Below, one piece after another: positions 10,636 to 21,089 of a stretch of DNA of 64,000 bases. The notes under the pieces were generated by a model that saw only the letters and a list, made by a program, of their open reading frames with translations, was not told where the DNA came from and made no database searches. Position 1 is the stretch's first letter. The number at the start of each line of letters is the position of its first letter. The stretch is from an uncultured delta proteobacterium (GTDB taxonomy: Bacteria; Desulfobacterota; Binatia; UBA9968), in contig CAWJBB010000087.1 of NCBI GenBank assembly GCA_963840855.1, forward strand, positions 32,001 through 96,000, written 5' to 3'. The translations under genes were made by a program, and so were the position numbers.

Positions 10636-11682
10636 ATGAAGATTAGAGGTTTCATTGGCGCGCTAATGGGCGCATCGCTATTGTCCCTCACTCCCCTGTG
10701 GGCCCAGGGTCTGGAGAAGCTCGCGGAGGGAGCGAAGAAGGAGGGGAAAATCAAGGTGGGGCTGACGGTTAGGTGGGAGGAGGCGGGCAAACCCGGTGCT
10801 AAAAGATTCGTGGAAGTCTTTCAAACCCGCTACCCGTTTCTCAAGGTCGAATATGAGCGGGTGGGAGGCTCGCGGGAGCGGGAGCGAGTTTTGTCCGAGC
10901 TCGCCGCCGGAAAAGTTTCCTATGACGTGACGGTGCTGAGCGAAACCCAGGTGGCCACCGCGCTGCGCGCGAACGTAGTGGAAAAAGTCGACTGGAAATC
11001 TCTCGGCGTGACGCCCACGCACGTCCATCCCGACGGCTTCGGCGTCAACTATCGTTCGCAGCTTTACGGCATCGCCTATAACCGCAAGCTCGTTACCGAT
11101 GACGTCGGGAAGAAACTCACGTGGGAGGATTGCGCGGCTCCCAAGTGGAAGAAAAAAGTCGCGATTGATTCCAGGCCGCGCCACCTGGAAATTCTTTGGC
11201 AACCCCACGTTTGGGGACGGGAAAAAACGCTCGCTCATGCGCGCCAATTGGCCGCGAACGAAACGATCTTCGAGCGCGACCGAACCGGCGCCATGACCAA
11301 ACTGGCGCTGGGCGAATATGCCATCGACTGCGGCAGTTTCTATTCGACCTATTACGAGCACACGAGGTCGGGTAAGGCAGAGCAGATCGGCTTTACCTTG
11401 GCGGAGCCCATCCCGGTCAACTTGGGAGATGTGGTTTTCATTCCCCGCGGCGCGGCGCATCTCAATGGCGCGAAACTCTGGATCGTCTGGTCGCTTTCCG
11501 AGGAGGGCCAGAAGCTATTGGACGAGGTCGAGGGAAACGGCAGCCCGCTGATCCCAGGCACCCAAACGGCCAAACTCATCAAGGGAAAAAAAGCTGCCTG
11601 GTATGAGCCGCAGTATCGGGCGAAAGCGGAGGAGATTCTCAAAGAGATTCTAGAAGCCGTCGGACTGCCCATCGTGCGCTGA
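10636..11682 (+). CDS. ABC substrate-binding protein (clade B)
   Basis: Signal peptide (LWA-Q), GAKKEGK, IAYN, AAHLNGAKLW; related to 49797 and 53965. Confidence 0.85.
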   Translation: MKIRGFIGALMGASLLSLTPLWAQGLEKLAEGAKKEGKIKVGLTVRWEEAGKPGAKRFVEVFQTRYPFLKVEYERVGGSRERERVLSELAAGKVSYDVTVLSETQVATALRANVVEKVDWKSLGVTPTHVHPDGFGVNYRSQLYGIAYNRKLVTDDVGKKLTWEDCAAPKWKKKVAIDSRPRHLEILWQPHVWGREKTLAHARQLAANETIFERDRTGAMTKLALGEYAIDCGSFYSTYYEHTRSGKAEQIGFTLAEPIPVNLGDVVFIPRGAAHLNGAKLWIVWSLSEEGQKLLDEVEGNGSPLIPGTQTAKLIKGKKAAWYEPQYRAKAEEILKEILEAVGLPIVR

Positions 11683-11696
11683 CCATCCTTACGGCA

Positions 11697-11760
11697 GTTC
11701 AAGGTTCAAAGTTTAAGGTTCAAGGGCAGAACCGAGTTAAAGCATTGAACGTTGAGCGTT
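11697..11760. repeat. GGTTCAA/TTGAACC heptamer array, inverted relative to 10557-10606
   Basis: gttcaaggttcaaagtttaaggttcaag followed by attgaacgttgagcgtt. Confidence 0.7.
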
Positions 11761-11768
11761 CATTTCCA

Positions 11769-13496
11769 ATGTGGAAAGGGAGGCTGTCGAGCGGCTCGAT
11801 TTTCTTTTTCATCTTCGTCGTCGGAATTCTTCTCTGGCTCATTCTGATTCCCCTGGGGCAGATGGTGATCAGCAGCTTTCGCTCCGGTCATCCCGCCGCG
11901 CCCGGACCGTTCACCTTTAGCAATTATCTCGTTGCTTACACGAACCCTCTGACCTATCGGATGATTCTCAACACGTTGGTTTTTGCCGGCGGAGGCACGG
12001 CGATTACGGTTTTCATCGCTGTGTTTTTCACCTGGCTGCTCGAGCGCACCGATATGCCGCTGCGCAATTTGTGCTGGACCTTGCTGCTTATCCCGTTGGC
12101 GATGCCCGGACTGCTCTTCTCCATGTCCTACGTGCTTCTTTTTATGCCCAAGAGCGGCATCATCAATGTTTTCATCCGTGATCTCTTCGGCAGCTTCGGC
12201 GTGGAGCTTTCTGAAGGACCGATTAACATCTATTCCCTCGGCGGGATGATCTTCCTCGACGGGATGCGCGGCGTGACGACGGTATTTCTTCTTATCACCG
12301 GCGCTTTTCGCATGATGGATCCCGGTCTTGAGGAAGCCTCATTCGCGGCGGGAGCAAAAAATTGGACCACGGTCCGGCGAGTCACCCTGCCGGTCTTGCG
12401 GCCGGCGCTCCTCGCCGCCGTCTTGTATGAGTTCACCTCTTCGATGGAATCCTTCGAAGCTCCTCTGGTCGTCGGCCTTCCCGGCCGCGTCTTTGTTTAC
12501 AGCACGATGATCTATATCTCCACTCGCGACGCGATTCCCAACTACGGCTTGGGCGCGGCCTTTGCCGGAAGCTATTTTCTGATGGCGCTCGTGCTGGTCT
12601 ATTTTTACCAGCGCGCCACTCTATGGCAGGCCGAGCGCTTTGCCACCGTGACCGGCAAGGGATTTCGGCCTCACACCCTGGCATTGGGCCGTTGGCGCTA
12701 CCCGGCTCTCGGTCTCTTCGTGCTCTATTTTATTTTGGCTGTCGCTCTTCCTCTAGGCGTGCTGATCTGGACCTCGCTCCTGCCGGTTTATCAGCCGCCA
12801 TCGATGAAGGTACTCTCCGAATTGTCCTGGACTCACTATCACGGGATACTTTCCGGCCCGCTGATTCTGCGTGCGATGTGGAACACCGTGATCATCACTC
12901 TGTTCGCGGCCACGGCAACAGTGCTCCTGGCGTTCGCCGTCTCCTGGTTGGTGGTTCGAACTAAGGTCAAGGGACGATATGCTCTGGACAGCCTTTTGTT
13001 CGCCTCCCACGCCGTGCCTGGAATCGTCGTGGCCCTCTCTTTTATTTTTCTTTATCTCGAGCCGCCGTTTCGCTCCCTCGGCCTTTACGGCACGGTGTGG
13101 ATCGTCTCCCTCGCGCTGATTACGCAGTACATTGCGTTTGCGTCTAGAACCACCAACGCCGCGATCACCCAAATTCACAAGGAGTTGGAAGAAGCAGGGG
13201 AAGTTAGCGGCGCGAGCCCGCTGCGGGTCGCTTGGCAAATCACCTTTCCACTCATCCGCCCCGCCTTTATCGCCGCCTGGCTGTGGGTGGCGGCGCACGC
13301 CGTGAGGGCGTTCTCTGTGCCCTTGATGCTCGCCAGCAGAGACAGCTGGCCTTTGTCGGTCATGCTCTGGCATCTTTGGGACGAAGAGCAAAATCTGCCG
13401 GCAGCCGCCGCCTTGGGAGTGGTATTGATCCTGGTGCTGACGGGTTTGACTTTGCTTGCGCGGGTTGTGGTCGCCAAAGGATTCGAGCAAACGTAG
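11769..13496 (+). CDS. ABC transporter permease, FbpB/AfuB-like with two BPD_transp_1 repeats
   Basis: Many hydrophobic segments; two EAA loops (LEEASFAAGA; LEEAGEVSGA). Confidence 0.9.
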   Translation: MWKGRLSSGSIFFFIFVVGILLWLILIPLGQMVISSFRSGHPAAPGPFTFSNYLVAYTNPLTYRMILNTLVFAGGGTAITVFIAVFFTWLLERTDMPLRNLCWTLLLIPLAMPGLLFSMSYVLLFMPKSGIINVFIRDLFGSFGVELSEGPINIYSLGGMIFLDGMRGVTTVFLLITGAFRMMDPGLEEASFAAGAKNWTTVRRVTLPVLRPALLAAVLYEFTSSMESFEAPLVVGLPGRVFVYSTMIYISTRDAIPNYGLGAAFAGSYFLMALVLVYFYQRATLWQAERFATVTGKGFRPHTLALGRWRYPALGLFVLYFILAVALPLGVLIWTSLLPVYQPPSMKVLSELSWTHYHGILSGPLILRAMWNTVIITLFAATATVLLAFAVSWLVVRTKVKGRYALDSLLFASHAVPGIVVALSFIFLYLEPPFRSLGLYGTVWIVSLALITQYIAFASRTTNAAITQIHKELEEAGEVSGASPLRVAWQITFPLIRPAFIAAWLWVAAHAVRAFSVPLMLASRDSWPLSVMLWHLWDEEQNLPAAAALGVVLILVLTGLTLLARVVVAKGFEQT

Positions 13497-13541
13497 AGAC
13501 GTGTAGAATTCTTGTTACAGACGGGAGGTCGGGTGCTAAAC

Positions 13542-13693
13542 AGACTGTTGAAAAACGCTTTCCGATGCTTCGACCCTTCGACTTCGGTTAGGACAGGTAG
13601 GCTCAGCATGAACGGAAAATCATCAAGAATTTCACCCCCGACCCGTTCGCCCTGAGCGTGTCGAAGGGCTCCGAATCAAACTCGCAACAGTCT
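13542..13693. mobile_element. MITE-like element with 9-bp terminal inverted repeats and internal CTTCGAC..GCTCAG palindrome
   Basis: AGACTGTTG at 13542 and CAACAGTCT at 13685; internal gctcagcatgaacgg / ccgttcgccctgagc. Confidence 0.6.
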
Positions 13694-13741
13694 CCCAGCG
13701 AGAGGGAACAAACCGAAAACGAGCACATCTGAGGGAAACCC

Positions 13742-14747
13742 ATGAAGAAAAAAATCACGGGCCTTACTCTTTGCGCCATGCTCTATGCGCTTTGCTTGTC
13801 TGTCGACGCGCAGCAGCCGAAGAAGGTCCCACGGATAGGGTATCTATCGTCGGCCGACCCAGCTAGTGAGTCCACCCGTTCCGAGCCATTTCGGCTGGCT
13901 CTGCGCGAGCTTGGTCACATAGAAGGACAGAACATGGCCATCGAGTACCGATATGCGGAGGGGAAGAACGATCGGCTCCCTGAGCTTGCGGCTGAGCTGG
14001 TGCGTCTCAAGGTTGATATCATCGTAACAGGAGGGGTCCCGCTGGTCCGGGCGGCCAAGAATGCGACCAAAACAATTCCCATCGTTATGTTGGGCCAAGG
14101 GGCCGATCCTGTCGAGGCAGGCTTAGTTGATAGCCTTGCCCGTCCCGGCGGCAACGTCACCGGCCTTACAAACCTTGGCAGAGAACTAGGCGGTAAACGG
14201 CTGGAGCTGCTCAAGGAAGCCGTTCCCAAAGTTGCCGGTGTCGCGGTTCTCTACGAGCCGGCCGTCCGGGCAGTGTACGCGAGGTGAAAGAGATTCTCCC
14301 AGTCGCGGCGCGCGCGCTGCGGTTGACTATTCGGTCTTGGGAGGTACGAGCTGTGGACGATTTCGACAGGGTATTCGCTGCGCTAAACAAGCAGCGCCCG
14401 GATGGACTCTACGTGCTGCCCGGCGGGGGCCCGCTAATGTTTGCTAACGCAAAACGGATCGCGGGCTTTGCCGTTAAAGAGCCGGTTACCGTCGGTGTAC
14501 AGCATCAGAGAATCTGTAGATGCCGGCGGGCTCATGTACTACGGAGCGGATCTCGCAGACAACTACCGGCGCGCCGCCTATTATGTGGACAGAATCCTCA
14601 AGGGAGCCAAGCCTGCCGACCTGCCGGTGGAGCAGCCGAAGAAGTTCGAGCTAGTGATCAACCTCAAGACGGCGAAACAGATCGGCCTGACGATTCCGCC
14701 GAATGATGTAGCGGGCGGATAGGGTGATCAAAGAGGCGCCGGGATAA
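13742..14747 (+). pseudogene. ABC_sub_bind family substrate-binding protein, about 3 frameshifts
   Basis: Fragments AQQPKKVPRIGYL, SLARPGGNVTG, KGAKPADLPVEQPKKFELVINLKTAKQIG and RADRVIKEAPG* lie in shifting frames. Confidence 0.82.
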
Positions 14748-14748
14748 A

Positions 14749-16647
14749 CGGCATGGAGTAGCGGATGAGAGAGCCGCACAAGAAAGGAGTAGCGCACCAT
14801 TTTGGCTCCGAGTCATGCGTCTGGGTCCGCAAGGACGCGGGCGAAGCGTTGACAGGGGTACACACAGGCCAGGTATGGAGCTCCGAAATCACCACTTCGG
14901 TGTGCCGACCTTGTTTTGATATGGGGAAGGCAACATGAAGGGCAGCGATAGGCGCGAGCGGTCCTTCGACACCGCGGAGTCAGAGACCCTAGGCATGTGG
15001 GGAAACTCCATGCGCGAGAACCGGGAGGCCCTGCAGACGCCCACACTGGATGGCAGTGCGGGACGGTCGAAGAAGGCCAAAAGCCGTAATTTCGACATGC
15101 ACGTTTGTGGGGAGTCGGACGGCCTCGTAGTACCAACGAAGCGGGCGAACAAAGCCGACGCGTATGCGTTGGTAGCGGAGTCCGCAGAGGAAAGGAGGTC
15201 GACCAAGGGGAACGCACCACAAGCGCACTCGCGCCGGACCCAGAGCCGGGGATGCGAGTCACAGGGTTTGTGGCGCGTACGACAAGCGGCAAGAAGGGAT
15301 AGGCGGATACGGTTTACCGCCCTGCTTCATCACGTGACGCCACAGTTGCTCAGGGCGAGCTATTGGGAATTGAATCGTTTAGCTGCGCCAGGCATTGATG
15401 GTGAGACGTGGAAGGACTACCGCGTGCAGATGGAGGTCCGAATCTTAACCTTCACGAGCGGGTGAACGCGGGACCTATCGGGCTAAGCCGTCCAAGCGCG
15501 CATGGATTCTGAAAGCGGTGGACAACGACTCCTGGGGATCGCGGCGCTGGAGGACAAGATCGTCCAGCAGGCTGTGCGGCGGGTGCTCGAAGAAATCTTC
15601 GAGGTAGAGTTCCTAGGTTTGAGCTACGGATTTCGGCCTGGGCGCAGTGCGCACGACGGCTTGGACGCGCTATGGGTGGGCTTGATGGGGCGGCGGATAA
15701 ACTGGGTGCTCGATTGTGACATTCGTGGATTCTTTAACCCATCGTGCACGAGTGGCTGATGAAGTTTATCGAGCATCGAGTGGGGGATCGTCGGGTACTG
15801 CGCCTGATACGGAAATGGCTTCGGGCGGGAGTATCTGAAGAGGGCGAGTGGTCCAAGACGGTAGTGGGAACACCGCAGGGATCTTTGATTTCACCGTTTC
15901 TAGCGAATTGTACCTGCACTACGTGTTGGATTTGTGGGTGACACACTGGCGCAAGCACCATGCGCAGGGTGACGTTATCGTGGTGCGTTACGCGGACGAT
16001 TTCGTCATGGGTTTCCAACATCGGTTGGAGGCTGAGCGCTGCCTACAGGAGTTTAGAGAGCGAGTTGGGAAGTTCGGCTTGGAATTGCACCCAGAGAAGA
16101 CCCGGCTGATTGAGTTCGACTCTTTGCGGCCGTGCGTAAATCGGAAACGGGACTGGGCAAACCGGAGACGTTCTCGTTTTTGGGCTTCACGCATTACTGC
16201 GGGGAGACTCGGAAGGGAGCGTTTACGATCAAGCGGCAGTCCATGGCCAAGCGCATGCGCGCGAAGCTATTGGAGATCAAAGCGCAGCTCAAGAGGCACC
16301 TGCACAGTACGGTGGCCGAAATGGGCGCGTGGCTGCGATCAGTGGTTCGGGGATGGCTTAACTATCATGCGGTACCTGGAAACAGTGCTAGTCTGGGCAG
16401 GTTCCGCAACGAGGTGGGCCGCATCTGGTTTGGCGTTTTGCGGCGGCGCAGTCAGAAATTTCGTCGCAGACGTTGGCAATACATGGCACGGCTGATTCGC
16501 TACTGGCTCCCTCCCGCGCGGATAGTGCATCCATATCCCAACGAGCGGCTGGTCGTCACATGAACCCGAGGTAAGAGCCGTATGAGGGAATTCTTCACGT
16601 ACGGATCCGTGCGGGGGGCCGCTCGCAAGGGCGGTCCCTACCGCGAC
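14749..16647 (+). mobile_element. group II intron; canonical 5' GTGCG not seen
   Basis: Domain V gagccgtatgagggaattcttcacgtacggatc (16575-16607, AGC triad); domain VI ending ccctaccgcgAC; internal RT ORF; 5' domain I-like cggcatggagtagcggatgagagagcc. Confidence 0.85.
15097..16563 (+). pseudogene. ltrA: group II intron reverse transcriptase/maturase, about 5 frameshifts, no endonuclease domain
   Basis: RFTALLHHV, APGIDG, RLLGIAALEDKIVQQA, SYGFRPGRSAHD, GTPQG, YLHYVLDLW, RYADD (15989-16000), FLGFTHYCG, VVRGWLNYH, spread over five ORF fragments. Confidence 0.9.
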
Positions 16648-16794
16648 TGATGAAGAAGGCATGAGGCGCGAGGCAAGAGGCAATAGTATGAGAAGGAAGA
16701 ATGCCAGATAACGATTTTGGATGGGCAGAAATATTCTGGCGGATTTTAAAGGACATGCGAGAAAAATTCTGATAATTGCGATGGAGATTTATAA

Positions 16795-18234
16795 ATGGCA
16801 ACAAATTCATCGTTAGCCTACAAAGACTTGCGTGAGTATATTGATGCCGTGGATCAAGCTCGGGCGAGCTGCGCCGCGTCGACGGCGCCGATTGGGATTT
16901 AGAACTTGGTGCGATCACCGAGGTGGCGGCGCGGGCGGCGAATCCGAAGGTCGTTCTCTTCGATCACATCAAGGGATATCCCAAAGGGTTTCGCGTCGTG
17001 ACCAATCCCGTCTGCTCGGCTGCGACGACCGCTCTGGCATTCGGTCTCGATCCGAAACTCACCGGCCTCGACATCATTCGCGCGTGGAAGGAAAAGCTCG
17101 GCAGCCAGAAGCCGATCAAGCCCGTCGAAGTTTCGGATGGTCCGATCACGGAAAACGTTGAAAGCGGCGACAAGGTCGACTTGCTGAAGTTCCCGACGCC
17201 GCGCTGGCACGAGGAAGACGGCGGGCGGTATATCGGCACGGGCTGCATGGTGATCATGGAAGACCCGGACGGCAAGTGGACCAACGTCGGCACCTACCGG
17301 GTTTGCGTGCATGATAAAGACACGCTGGGGATCTGGATTTCGCCTGGCAAACATGGGCGGCTGATTCGAGAAAAGTATTGGGCGCAAGGTAAACCTTGTC
17401 CGGTGGTGATCAGCTTCGGCCAAGATCCGATTCTCGCCAAAGTGGCCAGCTGGTATGAGCCCTGGGGCGTTTCCGAGTTGGAGATCGCCGGTTGGCTCTT
17501 CGGCGAGCCGGTCAAAGTGATTCGCGGCGAGCTAACGGGCTTGCCGATTCCCGCGACATCAGAGTTGGCGGTCGAAGGACTTATCGTTCCTCCTAGCGAG
17601 GACAGTCGCGCGGAAGGTCCGTTCGGCGAGTGGACGGGCTATTATGCTTCCGGCACACGCAACGAGCCGGTGGTGAAGGTCAAGAATGTTTTCTATCGCA
17701 AAGATCCGATAATTTTAGGCATGCCGCCGGGGATCTCCGGCAAATCGGTGCCGTTGAGCGCCGCGAATGTCTGGTTGCGCTGGAAAAAGCGGGCGTGACT
17801 GACGTGCAAGGCGTGTGGGAGTACGTGACTCGATATATCACGGTGATCTCGATCAAGCAGAAATACGGCGGCCACGTAAAGCGCGCGGCGATGGCGATGC
17901 TCGGTTCGACTTACGGTTATCACCGCCGATTCGTTATCATCGTCGATGACGACGTCGATCCTTCAAACATCGACGATGTCCTGTGGGCGTTGGCGACGCG
18001 TTGCGACCCGGCGACGGCGATCAATGTCATTACCGAAGCCTGGAGCACGCCGCTCGACCCGCGCATTGCGCCGGATGCGCGGGCAGCGCGCAACTTCACG
18101 AATTCAGTCGCGGTTATTAACGCTTGCCAGCCGTATCATTGGAAGGATCAGTACGCGAAGACCTGCTACTTCCCGGAAGAAACGCGGCAAGCAAGACGTA
18201 TGCGAAGTGGAAGGATGTATTAAGATTGGAGTGA
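16795..18234 (+). pseudogene. UbiD-family (prFMN-dependent) decarboxylase, about 3 frameshifts
   Basis: MATNSSLAYKDLREYI, NVGTYR, EGPFGEWTGYY, IIVDDDVDPSNIDDVLWALATRCDP. Shifts near 16855, 17780 and 18190. Confidence 0.85.
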
Positions 18235-18295
18235 TGGAGTGATCGAGTAATGGACCGCTTGTAATGTGGCACTGCCATGCTCCTGACGCTCAAAA

Positions 18296-18385
18296 CGTCA
18301 TTCCGGCCAAGCTGGCGGAAGCTAGCGCGAGCCGGAATCCAGGATATCCGAAATCGCCTGGATGCCCGCTTTCGCGAGCATGACG
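18296..18385. repeat. CGTCATTCC...CATGACG palindromic repeat
   Basis: Inverted ends and internal GGAATCCAGG/CCTGGATGCC; same family as 23549-23804. Confidence 0.7.
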
Positions 18386-18443
18386 ACAAGGGAACTTTGA
18401 ATTGTTAATTGCGTTTCTGGAGCGCAAAAAACTGGACGATGAG

Positions 18444-19598
18444 ATGAAAACCGAAAAATTTATGCTTTGGTATCGGAGAGTCTGGTTTTTGATCATGTTC
18501 ACCGGCTCGTTGTGCACGCAGCTTTCTTCCTTGGCATTTGCCGCCGCGGCGGAATCCTGGAACGTTGAGTGGGAGAAAACGCTGGCCGCGGCGAAAAAGG
18601 AGGGTGAGATTTCCTTCTACGGCAGCGAGGGTTACGAAAAGATCTTCGAGGTGTTTCAAAAAAGATACCCGGAGATCAAAGTCAAATCCAACACCACCCG
18701 CCGCGGCAGCGAGCATGGCCAGGCGGTGATGACTGAGCGCCGCGCGGGGCAATATTTGGTGGATTTATTTATCAACGGAGTGGTGACGCCGAACACCGTT
18801 TTCTATAAGGCCAACATCCTCGAGCCGATCCGGCCGCAGCTCCTTCTGCCGGAAGTCGTCGACGAATCGAAGTGGTGGGGCGGCAAGCATCACTACGCGG
18901 ACCCTGAAGGGAAGTATATTTTCGTTTTTCAGGGCAGCGTGCACGGCGGCGAGAACGCCTACAACACCAAACTGGTGAACCCAAAAGAATTCAAATCCTA
19001 TTGGGATTTTCTCGATCCGAAATGGAAAGGCAAAATCGTTGCCTACGATGTCAGCCGCGTGAGCACGGTGGCGCACTCGTTGCGATTTCTGTTCAACCAT
19101 CCTGACCTTGGGCCGGATTTTATTAAACGATTTTTTGGCGACATGGATATCACCTATTCGCGCGACGAACGGCAAATGGTCGACTGGCTTGCCGCGGGGA
19201 AGTTTCCCGTGGCATTTTTTGTGAGCGACATCGAGGACGCCGCGAAACAGGGGTTGCCGGTGAAGTTTTTCGAGCCGGGGCAGTTTAAGGAGGGGGCGTT
19301 CGTCGGGCCGTCCCAAGGCGGGGTCAATCTATTCAAAAACGCGCCGCATCCCAATGCCGCGAAAGTGGCGATCAACTGGCTATTGTCCCGTGAAGGACAG
19401 GACGCTTACCAGAAAGTCTACGCGCAGCTGCACGACGTCCGGCAATCGATGCGCGAAGATATATCCATGGACGTGATCCCGCCGAACTACCGGCGCCAAA
19501 AAGGAGTGAAATATATTTACGCGGGCCGTCCGGAGTGGTTGGATATGGGAGCCGTGACCAAGTTAATCAAAGAGGCGCAGCAGGCCGCCAAGAAATAG
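18444..19598 (+). CDS. ABC substrate-binding protein (clade A, no CxxC)
   Basis: Signal peptide and clade motifs; FPVAFFV where paralogs have CxxC. Start uncertain. Confidence 0.86.
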   Translation: MKTEKFMLWYRRVWFLIMFTGSLCTQLSSLAFAAAAESWNVEWEKTLAAAKKEGEISFYGSEGYEKIFEVFQKRYPEIKVKSNTTRRGSEHGQAVMTERRAGQYLVDLFINGVVTPNTVFYKANILEPIRPQLLLPEVVDESKWWGGKHHYADPEGKYIFVFQGSVHGGENAYNTKLVNPKEFKSYWDFLDPKWKGKIVAYDVSRVSTVAHSLRFLFNHPDLGPDFIKRFFGDMDITYSRDERQMVDWLAAGKFPVAFFVSDIEDAAKQGLPVKFFEPGQFKEGAFVGPSQGGVNLFKNAPHPNAAKVAINWLLSREGQDAYQKVYAQLHDVRQSMREDISMDVIPPNYRRQKGVKYIYAGRPEWLDMGAVTKLIKEAQQAAKK

Positions 19599-19632
19599 AT
19601 CGATGATGTAGGGGCAACCAAAAGTTGGACTA

Positions 19633-19808
19633 TCTCGCGAAGGCGCAAAGGCGCAAAGGGCGAGCGGTGTCATTTCGAACCCGTTCGGCCAAGCTCAGGG
19701 TAAACTCCGAGAGAAATCCTTCTTAGATCCCTAGCATTCGCTCGGGATGACAGGCCTCTCGCCCGTCACTTGGGCTTCGACTAAGCTGAGATGCTCGTTT
19801 GCGCGAGA
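19633..19808. repeat. three-level nested repeat
   Basis: Outer tctcgcgaaggcgcaaag..tttgcgcgaga; middle tgtcatttcg..gggatgaca (19668-19752); inner 28-nt module (19681-19708). Confidence 0.6.
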
Positions 19809-19881
19809 ATGGCGTTCTGGGATAGGGCGCATTGCGACGCGAAAACTTTCAGCGTAGCAATGCAAAGAAAGTAGGACGCAT

Positions 19882-21018
19882 ATGAATCGCACGAGGCAAC
19901 TATTTCTTGTTTTGGTCATGTTTTTCACCATCGGCGTCTCCGCTGCTATGGCGGCGCAGGCCGACGCCTGGAAGGCGGATTGGGAGAAAACCCTTCAAGC
20001 GGCAAAAAAGGAGGGGCAGCTCGTTTTATACGGCAGCGCCGATTTTGAAATCCTGTTCGCCGAGTTCCACAAAAAGTATCCCGAGATCAAAGTGGTCGGC
20101 GTCTATGGGCGGGGCGCCGACGTGGCCAAGAGATTTATGTCGGAGCGGCGCGCGGAAAAACACCTGGCCGATCTCTACGTCAATGGCATGACCACCGGTT
20201 ACAACGTCTTTTATAAAGCGAAAGCGCTCGATCCGATCCCGCCGTTGCTGGTTTTGCCGGAAGTAACCGACCTGTCGAAGTGGTGGCGGGGTAAACATCA
20301 TTATGTCGATCCGGAGAACCAATATCTGCTCAACATCAACGGCGAAAATCGCATGGTTGTCGCCTTCAATACCAAACTGGTGAACCCCGCTGAAATTAAA
20401 TCGTACTGGGATTTGCTCAATCCCAAGTGGAAGGGCAAGATCGTCGCCTACGATCCGACGCTTGGCGGTTCGGGCGACGCCATGCGCTTTTTCTATCACA
20501 GCAAGAGCCTTGGGCCGGAGTTCATCAGAAGGATTCTCACGGAAACGGACATTGTGATCAGCACCGATACGCGTCAAATGGGCGATTGGTTGGCAGGTGG
20601 GAAGTTTGCACTCTCGATTTTTGGGCCGGTATCGCGCATGGATCTGGACTTGATGCAAATCCAGGGGCTGCCTGTGGGTTGGTTCAAACCAGATCATTTG
20701 AAGGAAGGGTCGTATATCACCGCCGGATCCGGCGGCGTCGCGCTGATCAACAAAGCGCCGCACCCTAACGCGGCGAAGATCGGCCTCAACTGGTTGCTGT
20801 CGCGGGAGGGGCAGATTGCGTATCAAAGATTATTTACCCAGGGAAACGACGGCCCGGATTCACTGCGCATCGATATTCCGAAAGACAAAGTGCCGCGCGG
20901 CAACCGCCGCCCGGAGGGCGACGAGGATCGCTATCCCTTCGTTGACCGCGCCGAGTGGATGGACCAGGCGCCGATCAGCAAGTTCGTGAGAGAAGTATTG
21001 GAGCAGCGGAGGAAATAA
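19882..21018 (+). CDS. ABC substrate-binding protein (clade A, no CxxC)
   Basis: Signal peptide (AMA-A) and clade motifs. Confidence 0.88.
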   Translation: MNRTRQLFLVLVMFFTIGVSAAMAAQADAWKADWEKTLQAAKKEGQLVLYGSADFEILFAEFHKKYPEIKVVGVYGRGADVAKRFMSERRAEKHLADLYVNGMTTGYNVFYKAKALDPIPPLLVLPEVTDLSKWWRGKHHYVDPENQYLLNINGENRMVVAFNTKLVNPAEIKSYWDLLNPKWKGKIVAYDPTLGGSGDAMRFFYHSKSLGPEFIRRILTETDIVISTDTRQMGDWLAGGKFALSIFGPVSRMDLDLMQIQGLPVGWFKPDHLKEGSYITAGSGGVALINKAPHPNAAKIGLNWLLSREGQIAYQRLFTQGNDGPDSLRIDIPKDKVPRGNRRPEGDEDRYPFVDRAEWMDQAPISKFVREVLEQRRK

Positions 21019-21089
21019 TTTTGGATCTGCGATTTTGGATTTTGGATTGGGGAAGGGAACGCACGCAGGGATATTCGCTTCGCGGTGTT

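Noticed and set aside
15097-16563. RT as DGR or retron diversifying the SBP paralogs
   Set aside because: The RT has group II intron motifs plus domain V/VI RNA. No adenine-specific TR/VR pair or msr/msd was seen, and differences between the duplicated copies are not A-biased.
20955-21089. 451-aa version of the SBP starting at 20955
   Set aside because: It overlaps the upstream gene and runs through the ttttgga array; 21090 or 21222 are more plausible starts.
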